From positions 3,596,001 to 3,660,000 of the forward strand of contig CM114271.1 of assembly GCA_050084515.1 (NCBI GenBank): a stretch of 64,000 nt of DNA. Reading direction: 5' to 3'. Shown one piece after another: positions 36,801-49,404 of the stretch. Source of the DNA: Blasia pusilla. Taxonomy: Eukaryota. The position numbers and the translations under genes are program-made. The notes beneath the pieces were generated by a model. It did no database searches. It was not told the origin of the DNA and saw only the letters and a list, made by a program, of their open reading frames with translations. The number at the start of each line of letters is the position of its first letter. The first letter of the stretch is position 1.

Positions 36801-38511
36801 TAGAGGCCTATGGGACAACTCCTATCATTTTATGAATATGAGAGAAAGCGAGGACTTCGGAAAAAAATTAAGTGCTTAATTTTCAATAAGAGATTGAGAT
36901 GTGAAATTGGAAGAATTTTATGATGAATAAAGAACATATTCTAATACTCACTATTCATTGGTCATTTTAATTTTAATTTTATGTGATATTGCACTTTAAT
37001 TCTAGTATATAGGAAGTTAATCTACAATTATAATAAAAAAATCCTCATCCACCAAACGTCACTAGAGATACTGATTCCAATCGTCCACCTTAGGATGGGA
37101 TTCCAACTTACCTCGAGCCAACTCAACACTAATTATCAACTTCATTGGAACCGGATTCTTGTGCAAACTAATCACTTTCAAAGAACCTACCAAATTGTGG
37201 ATTGTGGGGAATATTTGTAGAATCATCTTAATACGTGCTTCATTCAAGATGCCATTATGAATGCTCGACTCAATTTTTCAATCAGATTGTAATGGTGAAC
37301 TCATTATCCTCCACAAACTCTCGCATTAGGGTTCCATGGCAAATTTTCCAAAAGAAAATTGCCATGTGCTTGATTATGTTTAAATCTTGCCAAATTTTGT
37401 ATAGTCACAAGCAAACAAAACTAGAAATCAGCAACAAAATATCCACATATTTGAAGATTTCCCTGACTCAATTACGATACAACAAGCATTGATTTCCTTA
37501 CTAGATTGCTCACAAGTGTCCTCACTTTCAAATTCAATCTCAGTTGTCCTTGCAATGGAGAAATTCTCACAAGAATTTTTAATGCCTACCCCGTTTAATT
37601 CGCATGATTAAGATTCAAAATAATAAGGCAAATCCAATTTTACAATGCACATAAAAATGATTCGTAACTTTCTCTTACTCATCAATCCTTGACCTTTTGA
37701 ATATAAAATATTCTCTTTGATATAGAACTACGATATTTCAAACTCCAACTTTGAATTAAGTGAAGGATAATATCTTTCAATGTTCTAGCACAACATTCAT
37801 TCCAAATTTGGCTCATATATATTAGAAATATACATTGTGCTTATAACAAAGAGATATAAATCAATACAAAAAAATTTATGATCTCAATAGCAATCCTAAT
37901 CCGCTCTTATCTTAAGAGAATCCAAGCTAAATACAAGAATAGAATATAGTTGCATTTTATCACGGATCTCAACTTTGAGTGTGATATCTAAAACATGAGC
38001 TTCATTGGGAATATATCCTCTCCTAGCAACTCCATGGTGACTTATGTACATAGATTATCTATCTACATTAAGTCATAATGGATATGGAGAATTCAGTGTA
38101 CTCTATCTCATCAAGAATGACCTTTAATCCTCTCCACATGAACCAAATATAACCATAGGAAGAAAAAGGCCTTATAAAAGATGATATTATATATCTCTGT
38201 TAACACATCTCACTTTGCCTCATAAGCACAAGTGACACCATTATCTACTACGACACCTAATTAATATACCATAAGACATATAGGAAATGAAGATCCCTCA
38301 AAGAATGATACTCACATAAGGAAAGGGTGATTGATACTCATGAGTCAACTTGGTGGTAGTAAGTTACTATGACCTCTTAAAATGGAAACTACACAGGATC
38401 ACTTGAGGCCTTAATATAATCTTGCTTAACTCTCTTATTTCATGACACACTTTATCATGTGAGATATGTTCAGACATTCACTAATATACTTATCAATTTT
38501 AATCCTCCTTT

Positions 38512-38824
38512 TATTGAAGGTTGAGTTACAATCAACCTCATGAGACACCTGAACTGCTACATTTGGTACTCACACGAAGTAGGGAAGCTTAATCTTGGTT
38601 AGTCAGTTAAGCGTGATTATCTTAACTAGGGTTAATAATCACACTTAGCCTAACTCGAGACTATGGTTAAGATTAGGGTTAGGGTTGCTTGTACATACCC
38701 TATATAATTGAGAAGGGGGCCAACCTCCACGCATTCTCTCATTGCAAATTTTGTTCTCCATGGTGGTGTGTGAGTGTGAGATCCGTTTCCCACTAGTTAT
38801 GCTTCTTTAGAAGTTTTTTCCACA
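38512..38824 (+). repeat. 5' LTR of Copia copy 1
   Basis: TATTGAAG...TTCCACA; about 94% identical to the 3' LTR by eye. Confidence 0.92.
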
Positions 38825-41800
38825 TCGTATCAAAGCTATAGGAGAACATCACTTGAAATTTTTTGTGTTTGAGGAGAGAAGAGAGACAAGCGAAGGCACA
38901 ATTTCAGTTTGGGAGAAGGAAATTTGTTCAGAGCTCAGTGGGTGCAGATTTCAGGTGGAGCTTTGATGGTGATAAAACTTTGGAGGCATTTTTTAAGGCT
39001 TTCTCGGTCAATTTAGCAGCTAGAACGACCCCGAAGGCGTGTTCTAGCCGTTGCCGTTGCGGCTAAACGGCTATAACGACTCCGAAGGCTTGTTCAAGCC
39101 ATCTTGTAGAGAGCTTGTTGAGAGCTTTCCAATCCACCCAAAATCGCTCAACTCTGGCATTTTGAACTCATGCAGTAGCAATTTCAGTGTAGGAAAGTGC
39201 AAGTAGTGAAGAAAAGTTGTGCAGTTTGATGTCTACACGCCAATTTTGACTAGTTTTTTCATGCTATTGATCAATTTTGGAAAATTTCAGGTCGATTTCT
39301 GTGTAGGAGTGATCTATGCTTCAATTGGAGCAGTAGAGAACCTGAAATTACATCTTTGTGAATGAAATTATTCGTCATGGAGTATTCCTCAGCAGCAATC
39401 ACATGCGAGAAGCTAGATAAGCAGAATTACAATATCTCATGGGTCAAGAATTATGAGAGCTTGTCACAGGTGATGAGGCCAAGCCAAAAGGTGACTCAAG
39501 TTGAATGTTCGCATCTGGAACAAACGTGCAAGGCAAGTTATCCACTACATTTCAATAACGATCAATTCTCCAATGATAGGTCACATTCAATGTGAGGAAA
39601 GGATCGTAGAGCATCAATGATTATATTTTAATTATCAAACATATTGTTGATCAGTTGAATAGCATTGGAGTGACGGTAGAAGATGATGATCTGATCTTGT
39701 TCATTCTTCAAGGTCTTCCCAAGGATTACAAGTCCTTTGAGACCTCTATCTCTGTAAGAGAGAAGTATCCAACCTTTCAAGAGTTAGTCCCACTGGTAAT
39801 CAGTGAAGATATGCGCCTAGTAGGCAGCGGTAGCTCGTCTAGTCTGGAAGAGAGTGCGCTATTTGCAGGTTATGGTTCAAAGAGAGGCAGGGATCATGGC
39901 ACAAGCTTCCGTGGTCGTGATGGATATCAAGCATATGGAGGAAGAGGCACTCAATAAAATGTCACTTAATCAACTATGAACCAGTACTAGACACAATCAC
40001 AAGGTGGTGATGGTGGAAAGCGTTGGGATCGAGATCAGCAACAGAGGGTCCTTGAATCTTGCAATTATTGTGGGATAAAGGGTCACTATGAAAAGTTTTG
40101 GTTCAAGAAGAACGCAGATATGAGAACATGAGCCTTACATCAACAAAACTATGTGGAGCAACAACACCAAGAGCACTACCAAGAACAACAACATTCACAA
40201 ACGGAGCATCTCTTGGTCATGACTCATCATATGGGAGCAATGGTCAAGAAAGACTCGAAAACAGATTGGTACATTGACTCTGATGCATTAAATTATATCA
40301 ACTCACAAGCTAAATGGTTCAGTAGTTTGGATCCGATGAAAGATCCTGCAATTGTGCTCACAGGAGATAACACTCAACATCATATCACACATACCGATAA
40401 AGTTCCAATAACATCAAATGGTCTTTGTGCTCTTGGAAATGTTCTCTATGGTCCTACCATTGCAAGAAACCTGATCTCTGTAGGAAAGATAGTAGAACAG
40501 GGTTATCAAGTGAAGTTTAACACAAATGATTGTTTCATTGAAACAATGGATGACCAGACTACTATAGCCAAAGGAACTAGATCTGGAAAAATGTTCAAAT
40601 TAGATGTTTCTATGCCAGAGATTCAAACAACAACGTATGATCAAATCGGCCAACAAGTTACACATCTAAATTTGTGGCATAAAATAATTGGACATATGAA
40701 TCTTCAAAGATTACAAAGTCCTATCTAATATAGTAATAAGACTCCCTAGATTAGCGAGTCTTGCTATGTTAGAGGTAGGTCTTGCTTGCCAATTTGGAAA
40801 ACAAGTTAGATTTTCTTTTCCAAAGCAAGGTAGAAGAGCATCTAAGATATTGGAGTTGATCCACAGTAATGTGTGGACAACATCACAACATAGCCTTAGT
40901 GGTTGCCAATACTTTATTTCATTTATTGATAACTTCTCTAGGTATATATGGATATACTTTCCGAAAAGCCAATTAGAGGTATTCTCAGTCTTCCAAATAT
41001 TCAGAGTTCTAGTAGAGAAGCAAACTAGAAAAAAAAATTTGAAATTGGGTTGTGATGGAGGAGGAGAGTATCTTTCAATAGAGTTTGATGACTATTTACG
41101 TTAGAATGGCATCCAACGTCAAGTGACTTGCCGTTACACTCCACAACAAAATGGAGTGGCTGAGAGGAAGAATCGACATATTGCTAAAGCGGCACGAGCT
41201 ATGCTGAATGAGAAGAACATGCCTAAGGTGTATTGGGTAGAGGCTGTAGCATGTGCAGTCTTCTTAATCAACCAAACTCTAATAGTAAGAGTTCATGATA
41301 AAACTCCATTCGAAGTCTTTATAGGAAGTGAACATGATTTTTCCTTCTTGGAAGTATTTGGCTATATTTGTTATGCTTATGTTCCTTCTGAGAGACGTCA
41401 GAAATTAGATCCCAAGTTTGAAAGATGCATCTTCATTGACAATGTTGATGGAACTAAGGGATATAAGTGCTACACTCCATCCTCTAGGCAGCTTATCATT
41501 CGTCGTGATGTTATCTTTGATGAGCTAAAGTCATGATATGCTCCATCTAAGCCTATTCTATCTCTAAACTTGTCTGTTGAGAGGGAGAATAGGATTGTAA
41601 ACCAACAGATATTGTCTTCAACTTCCCCAAGTACTAATGCAAGATTAGGAGAGATCCTAGATTCATCAGTTAAATCTGTGAGTCCATGGAGGGGAAGAGT
41701 ACGTATTCAGTCTGTTGACACTAGTCAGAGCTCGAGTCAGGTGTCACAAGCATCTACCTCTGAACAACAACTTCGTAGATCAAGTAGAGTTACACATCCA

Positions 41801-43411
41801 GTTCATAGATTCATAAATGAAGGTTTCCTTGCGACACATCATGCATATATGATGACTACCCTTCATGAACAAGAGCCGAATTATTTTGAAGAAGTTGTAA
41901 GTAAATTCGAATAGATTGAAGCTATGGAGGAAGAGCTTGTTGCATTAAGACATCAACAAACATGGAAGTTGGTACCAATACTTTCGGATAAGGAAGCTAT
42001 TGGTTGCAAATGGATTTACAAAATCAAGCGCAATCAAGATGGTACAATTAACATATACAAAGCGAGATTGTGGCTAAGGGCTATGCACAACAATATGATA
42101 TCGATTATGAGGAAACATTTAGCCTTGTTGTAAAGATGGCGACTACGACAAAAGTGGTTGCAGTTGCAGTAAGTAAGAAGTGGAGATTACATCACATGAA
42201 AGTCAAAAATGCCTTCTTGAATGGAGATCTATACGAGGAGGTATATATGACTCAATTACCTGGGTACGAGCATCTCAAGTTTCCATTTCGCGTATGCACG
42301 TTGAAGAAAGCTCTATACAGGCTCAAACAAGCTCCAAGCGCTTGGTATGGCAAGATTACATACGTCTTACAAGAGTTGGGCTCTAGGGTATGTGATTTTG
42401 AATCCTCGTTATATTTCTTGAGAGGACAAGATCATACAATTCTCATTGTGTTGTATGTTGATGATCTCTTGATTATTGGGAGAAATTGAAGAAATGGTAC
42501 AACAAGTCAAGCTTAAGTTACAAGCAGAATTTGATATGAAGGACTTAGGAGAACTCAAGTACTTCCTTGGTATTGAGTTTATCAAGGTTGGAGAGAGCAT
42601 GTGGTTACTACAATGACAATATGCTCTTCATATGCTTTCAAAATATGGTATGACGGCTTGTAAGCCAATCTCTACACCATTGGACCAGAGTGTGAAGCTT
42701 AGAGTGGATGAAGAAGATTCTAATATGTACAGGCCCATGGTTGGAAGTTTGATCTATCTAACTATAACCAAACCAAATTTGAGCTATGCTATTGGCCTAG
42801 TGAGCCAGTTTATGCAAGCACCTCGAAAACCTCATCTTGATGTTGTGAGGAGGATTCTGCGGTATGTGAAATTCTCTATTCAATTTGAATTTTAATTTGA
42901 ACCTTCTCTGAATTTTCAATTATAGTGCTTCACAGATGTTAATTGGGTAGGAAGCGTGTCTGATCGACACTCCACATCTGGTTATTCATTTATTTTGGGA
43001 AGCGCAACTATAAGTTGGGCTTCTCTTGAAGATAAAGCAACCTACAGTTGCTTTATCTTCAAGAGAGCCTGAGTACAGAGGAGCAACCAATACAGCATGT
43101 GAGGCGGTGTGGCTTCATCGATTACTTGTTGAGATTGGTGTTAGTAACTTAGGACCAAGTGTAATATATGCAGACAATATTAGTAGGATCAAGCTTGCTA
43201 ATAACCCTGTGTTTCATGCTCGTACAAAGCATGTTGAGGTGCACTATCATTTTATCAGAGAGAAAGTGTTTGCAGAAGAGATTGATCTTGTGTATATAGG
43301 TATAGATCAGCAAATTGTTGACATATTTACAAAGACATTGTCTAGAGATAACTTTGAGATGTTTAGAAATGATTTAGGCATTAGAGATATCGATATGAGC
43401 TTGAGGGGGAG

Positions 43412-43725
43412 TATTGAAGATTGAGTTGCAGTCAAGCTCATGAGACATCTGAACTGCTACATTTGGTACTCACACGAAGTAGGGAAGCTTAATCTTGGTT
43501 AGTCAGTTAAGCGCGATTATCTTAACTAGGGTTAGTTAATCACAGTTAGTCTAACTCGAGACTATGGTTAAGGTTAGGATTAGGGTTGCTTGTACATACC
43601 CTATATAATTGAGAAGGGGACCAACCTCCACTCATTCTCTCATTGCAAATTTCGTTCTCCGTGGTGGTGTGTGAGTGTGAGATCCGTTTCCCACCTGTTA
43701 TGCTTCTTTAGCAGTTTTTTCCACA
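43412..43725 (+). repeat. 3' LTR of Copia copy 1
   Basis: Follows the PPT and is followed by TSD CCTTT. Confidence 0.92.
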
Positions 43726-43730
43726 CCTTT

Positions 43731-43832
43731 TACAAATAAGCACCTTCAATGTCCGCTTACACACTCTAAGGGAAGGAATTTGATCTTCCGCAATATTTGT
43801 GATTGATGTTCAAGAGGAGTAGGCGCGCGACA
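43731..43832 (+). repeat. Degenerate 3' end of a chromovirus-family LTR
   Basis: The reverse complement of 43786-43832 (tgtcgcgcgcctactcctcttgaacatcaatc..ttgcggaag) matches 4533-4580. Confidence 0.65.
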
Positions 43833-44512
43833 CATCCCATGTCTACGTTATCTTCCAAATATCATTGAGAGGTCCTCCTTCATTACCTTGTTCTCAATGT
43901 AATATTTCTTCCGCTCAACGTTCTTCTTTCCCCCATGATTAATCCTATGTCGTGTTTAACGTACCTTCACCTTATGATGCTCTACATATGATGAGTCTTT
44001 ATGTTTATCTTACCTTCCTTACTTAGATAGGGTATAATATTTAATCGAGGGTATAGTCCTCTATGGAAAATCCATGATAGATACTTAATCTTAGTTATTA
44101 ACGTAAAGCATACTCATAGCAGATAAGTTAATGGGAGAAGAAAATAAGTTATGGTATGAGGATTCTCAATAGGATATAGAATCTTATCATAATAGATCTT
44201 CTCCTATATATCTTATCATATGCAATGGTTCATGCACTCGTCTTATAATTTTTTATATAGTTAGAAACTCATCATGCCACATATTTTGCTCTTAAAAAAG
44301 CTCTCTTGCATGCATTTAATAGATTTAATTCTAAATAAGAAATTTAATTAAGAAGATCCTACAATAATTTCCCATTTATTGGTATAAACCATGGCACTAG
44401 AATAATCTTGAAAATCAAGCAAAATTAAATGATAATTAACTAGAAATTTATGCCCACATGATGCATTGGGCCAGTAGGACCCTCTCAAGCTCTCCAAAGA
44501 GGATCCATCCAT

Positions 44513-44515
<3 letters not shown>

Positions 44516-44576
<61 letters not shown>
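44516..44576. repeat. (GA)~30 microsatellite
   Basis: Direct reading. Confidence 0.97.
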
Positions 44577-44577
<1 letters not shown>

Positions 44578-45473
44578 CCTTGAGATTCTATACATCTCCT
44601 TTCAAAAAATAGAAGGTTATTCAAGATCTATAATTTTCTCCTATGATATATCCATCAAACTCAATCTCTATCTCTATCTTTTTTATATTCTAAAGAGGAA
44701 TAAAGGGGATATTCTCTCTTTCTCTCTAAGCCAATTGTGGATGCGATGTTTATTCTCTCCAACCTTGTAATTACTTCCAAAGTTTCATTCCCCCTATTCT
44801 AATATATGAGATAGGAGAATGACATGGATGTCCTTATGATATCCATTTCAACCTTCTTTGCCTTGGTTCTATGCTAGGAGGTGTTCTCAAAACATGTAAG
44901 GAAATATCAAGATGTTAGTACCATTCAATAGGAATTAAAAAAGTAAGAGGCGAGATGTGTACTTAAGACACTTGCACCTCCTAAAGGGTAGGGCATTTTA
45001 AAACATAATCAATTTAGAAATGTACTCGAAATAATTTGATCACACAAACATCATATTGCTTGGTTTAGGTTCATAGTCTGGGTTGTGTAGCAATAAGAAG
45101 CCTCAATAGTCAAATATTTAATTACATGAGATCCACAAATTATTCTAGTTGGAAATATTTATAAATTGTAAATGGGGGAAGGAGATTGTTGTACTTGTGG
45201 TTGTATTCTTGGCATAATTTCTATGGGATCTTTTGGTTCTAGCAAGATACCATGGAGAAAATTCCTACTTCATGCATTAAGGATGTGAGAGGATTCCATA
45301 TCCTCTAATCAAAATTTGATTAAATCATTTTCTCTTAAATTTGTGATTGATTACATGAGTCTATATATTATTGTCATAGTGCGGATAATAAATCAAAGTT
45401 GGGAAAAAAATTTAAGCGCTCAATGTTTCCAACCTAAATTTGACTAATTCTATTGGGGTTGTAACAAGAACAA

Positions 45474-45604
45474 CTAGTGTACAACCCATGGCTTGCACAC
45501 GGTTGCACACGAATTCAAAAAAGAATTTTTGGTTGCCCTAGTGCCATGTGTTAAGCATTTAGATGTTTGCAAATAAAGAAACAACTCTCCAATAATAGTA
45601 TAGA
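45474..45604 (-). mobile_element. Short non-autonomous Helitron (copy 2, 131 bp)
   Basis: On the - strand: A|TCTATACTATTATTGGAG ... CCGTG-tgcaagc-CATGG hairpin ... CTAG|T. Confidence 0.8.
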
Positions 45605-47029
45605 TTGGGATTTTTTTAGTTGACATCCAAACTAATTGGATGTGTCTAACGTCTTTACGATCCCTACAGACACTCCTTGTGTTCTTTCCTCTCCATCTAG
45701 GCTATCCGCGTGTCCTCCACACATCTTCACTAATTACATTCTCTCCCATCCCTCTCAAAAGGCCGCAGACCGATTCTAAGAGGGGAGAATTTGATACCCA
45801 TGTAATCTCATTTGAAATTTTTTTGAACCGAAGTGATTCTCCTCTCGAAGTCCATAACCCGCTTTGCCCCTTCCTTACGAGAGATGGCCCTGCATAGCTC
45901 AAAAATTGTCTAGCTCCCTTATAAAGCCTCCTTTGTTATAGTGTGAGTGCCGCATAACCTACCCCGTTCATATTCGATAGACATGGATACGCCTCAATTG
46001 ATTGCCAAGAATGGATGATAATCGGCTTATTTCTACCATAAGAAATATTGCATGGGGCCCTAGCTCTCAAAAGGGCGAAGAAAAAAGACTAGATCCTCAC
46101 TAGCCACTCCACTCCACTAGGAACAAGTCTCATTTGTCATCTAGACATTCTCCCATCTCCTCTATATCCAATTCTATTATTTCCTAACATATTAAAGCAT
46201 AAAGATAGATAACATTAGTGACAACAAACAGTCGGAAAAGAATATTTCCACTTTTTGATCAGGTTCCTTCTTGCACCCCTAAGCCGCACCTTAACCCCGG
46301 TTAGATCACTCCCTCCCTCTCTCTCTCCTTCGCCGTCCCTGGAACCTTCCTCTAAGGGTCGATCCCGGATTGATCCTCCCTTCCCTCCTGTGGTCCCACA
46401 CTTCCAGTGAGTGTGCATGCGGAGCGAGCTCAGGGAAGCGGATATACTTCGTGCTGTGAAATGAATGGGGGCATCATGCGGAGACTGTGACAGCCAGATG
46501 TCGTGGATGGGCACTGAGTATGACACGTTTTGATTCCTCGGCGAACGGAGCGACAGTGCTGCCAGCAGCTATTATTACGGGCGGTGTTCAATGGCCCGGG
46601 AACACCCGTCCGACGGCGGCCGGGTGCCGGGTGCCGGATCCCGGTTACGACTAAAGCTCCCGGGAGTCTGTCCGCGTTCTCGTCGGCCGGTGCCGGTGCC
46701 GGGCGCGCCGTCGGGAACGAGCCGGGGGCGTAGTAGAGCGTCGTCGCCGGGGAAGCAAGTCAAGTCACGGCGAGAAGGTGCGACCCGCGATTCACAGCGT
46801 CCGCCCTACAGCAGCACGGAGGGAGAAAAAACTAGGCGACGGGCTCCCAAGGCGCATTCTCGATCGTCGATCGAGTTTGGCAGAACTATTCCGACGGTTC
46901 GTAATACACTCAAAACTCCTCTCAACGGTTCCCCGTTGTCTCATCGGCGACCATGGTCTGTCTAATAATTGTTGTTTGATCCATCCGATGGAGAGCTCTG
47001 GGTCTCTGAGGTCCTACGCCCTCAGCCGT

Positions 47030-47960
47030 GAGAGGCGCCACGTGTCAAAAGCTCAATTTCTTATCATACAGCCCAATCCGAGTAGTCCATCAGTGGTGGG
47101 TATTGTCCCTTTTTTTAATGGTTTCTCTCTTCTTTGCCCGCGATTTGTTTTCCATGGTGAGGGGGTATTCCGATCTCATGGTATTCCTATCTGATGGACG
47201 GGAAAAGAGACATCATCCAACGTGTCTCGCTGTGGTGCCAGGACGATGCGAAGCGAGCGAACAAAGATACCCGCTCCTGTAAAGAAGTGTCGCTTGTCGG
47301 TCATTTCAGGGTTGGTCACAACTGGCCATATTCCTGGGAGGCCATTGGCCATACGGGGGAAAATATCGTGACTCCGGTCACTGTCACGTCCTGGCGTACG
47401 CGACGATGCGGAGAGCAAGATGAGCCGGGCAAGTGAGGCCTGCCACGTGGTACGGGGTTTACATAGTTCCCCCCCCCCCCACGATGCGGGGAACTATGTA
47501 AGGCCGATCGCCTTGGTTCGCAGGGGCAGTCTCAAGAGCCGCCCCACATTCTTTTACGTGGTAACTGCGTGACGCATGGGTCGCAAGCGACTCGCGGATA
47601 TTCATTCCCCCAAGTGATAAGTTGAAATATCATTAGGAGTGTATGCACGAATGGAACGCGGACACGGGGACATGCTCTGAGGAAAACCGAAGGAGTTTGG
47701 GGCTGGGCTACTTCGCTTCATTAAAAAAAACAAACCAACCAACCAACCAACCATGCATGCAACAACAAACTCGCCTGGGGAGAAGAGAAGGGGGGCAAAG
47801 AAAAACGAACAGACAGACTTTCGGGTGCAGGACGACGCGCGCCGGGAACCCGGGGAATCTCCTCAGGTACCGGTTTCAGCAGGTCAATATCGGTCCACCT
47901 GGAGGCGCGCGACTCGTGGCCCACACCGACAGGACGCAGTCTGGAGCCGACACGTGCAGT
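47030..47960 (+). promoter_or_regulatory. GC-rich upstream region of GPT with clustered G-box/ACGT elements
   Basis: CACGTG at 47039, 47444 and 47951; TACGTG at 47555. CpG-rich compared with the flanking TE relics. Confidence 0.45.
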
Positions 47961-48455
47961 CCGCACTTGTGATCGCAGGTCGCCCTGTCGAGTTCCCGGT
48001 TCTCGCGGCCGCGCCACTTTCTCGGGAAAGGGAGCGTCTGGACAGCGCGCAGGATCGCTGAAGATCGGTGATGGACGAAGGCTTTGCCGGAGCGGAAGAC
48101 AGACCAGACAGAGTCGGAGTCGGAGTCGGAGTCAGAGTCAGAGATAGAGAGAGAGAGAGAGAGGGAGGGGGGATGGTCGTACGTAGGAAAGGATTAAGAG
48201 CCGCGTAACAACACAGCGCAGGTGCGGCAGAGCAGCAGCAGCTCTGCGTCTTCATCGTTATTTGTTGTTTTGTTTCTCGTTCTTCACCCGACCCCGGCGG
48301 GTTCCATCGGCGTCGGAGCTTCTCGCGACGCGAACGTTGTTCATCGGTACTTACGGACCACTTTCTTCCTTTCGGTTTCGCATTTTCGTCTTGCTCCTCC
48401 TGCGTCGCGTTCATGCTACGCGCTCCGTATCTGGTTCGGTTCAGTTTCGCGCGAG

Positions 48456-49401
48456 GTGAGATCGCGGTTCTGCATAGAGGAAGGAATTGCGGTCTTGCAG
48501 GTTCAGGACTTCTTTTTTCTGTTGCCTTTTTCGTGTGTTTGGATCTGGTGTACCGTCTATGTCCGGTGGCTTCACGCGCACTCATGACTGAGTACGTGCT
48601 TCGTCTTCGAATTCGTCTCACTGGCGGATGTCAATGGTTCTTTGTGATCGAGATGTCGATCCTGGCTTGTACGCGCCTAACGAGAGAGTTTTTCTTTGTG
48701 TGTGCTGTTTCCCGGAATGTGTTGTGACTGATTTTTCACTGACTGTTGGACAGTGTGTGCTTGGATCGCATTTCGCGGTGATATGATCCTTCCGACTTTC
48801 CTCCTCCTCACCTCCTTTCAGCTGCTTATCCCCGCTTCAAGATGATTGGCTTTGTCGACGTCTGTTTCACTTCTTGGTCTTTTTTTCCCTTCTGTAGCTC
48901 CTTCGTTGCCATCTTTTTGAATTGCTGTCTATAGCCCTCCTCCTCCTCGAATGATGTCACAGTGTTCTTCGTCTCGTGTAGCTCGAGATCATGAATATCT
49001 AAGTGGTGCGTACGAGCTGCGGCACTGATTTTCCCGTTTACCCGGTGTAGGGCCGACGGACGGACGAGACATCTTCCCTTCGTTCAAATTTTCAAGTCAC
49101 TCCGCATTTTTTTTTGTCGTCCCTTTAGAGTCTGATTGTCGAGTGAGGTTGTAAGTGACACTCAAATGCGTAGAAAATGGCGCCCTCGATGCACTGCAGG
49201 CGGTAATCATTGTCCTCACCCCGATCGTCGAATTGGTGGTTCCCTTGATTTCTAGCATTTTCCGCTGGGCGATTCGTCGCCAAATCCTTCGATCTCCCTC
49301 TCCGCTTGCAAGTTTTGAGTCGCAAATACTTTGCATTGGGCACTGCACTATTAGTGTTCTATGCCGGCGATTCTGATTCCTACGTGTTGTCATCATGTCA
49401 G
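48456..49401 (+). other. Probable 5' UTR intron of GPT
   Basis: Donor GAG|GTGAGA at 48455/48456; acceptor TCAG| at 49401, 3 nt before the ATG; T-rich interior. Confidence 0.6.
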
Positions 49402-49404
49402 GCG

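Larger units (their letters stand above)
38512..43725 (+). mobile_element. Complete but decayed Ty1/Copia LTR retrotransposon (copy 1)
   Basis: LTRs 38512-38824 and 43412-43725; 5-bp TSD CCTTT; degenerate PBS TCGTATCAAAGC; PPT GAGGGGGAG. Gag, protease (WYIDS), integrase (TPQQNGVAERKNR), RT (LYVDDLLI) and RNase H (HARTKHVEVHYHF) carry many stops. Confidence 0.95.

Noticed and set aside
37060-37900. Possible Gypsy integrase relic on the - strand
   Set aside because: A weak GPF-like resemblance only; too degenerate to call.
38673-38686. Interstitial telomere (TTAGGG)n
   Set aside because: Only about two units, and they are part of the Copia LTR (similar motifs at ~43572, ~59330 and ~7690).
47500-47546. 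tRNA-like GGTTCG plus hairpin
   Set aside because: No cloverleaf or A-box can be built.
46215-48727. Many overlapping ORFs (e.g. 47884-48621, 245 aa)
   Set aside because: GC-rich promoter/UTR DNA with microsatellites yields long spurious ORFs; no recognisable domains.
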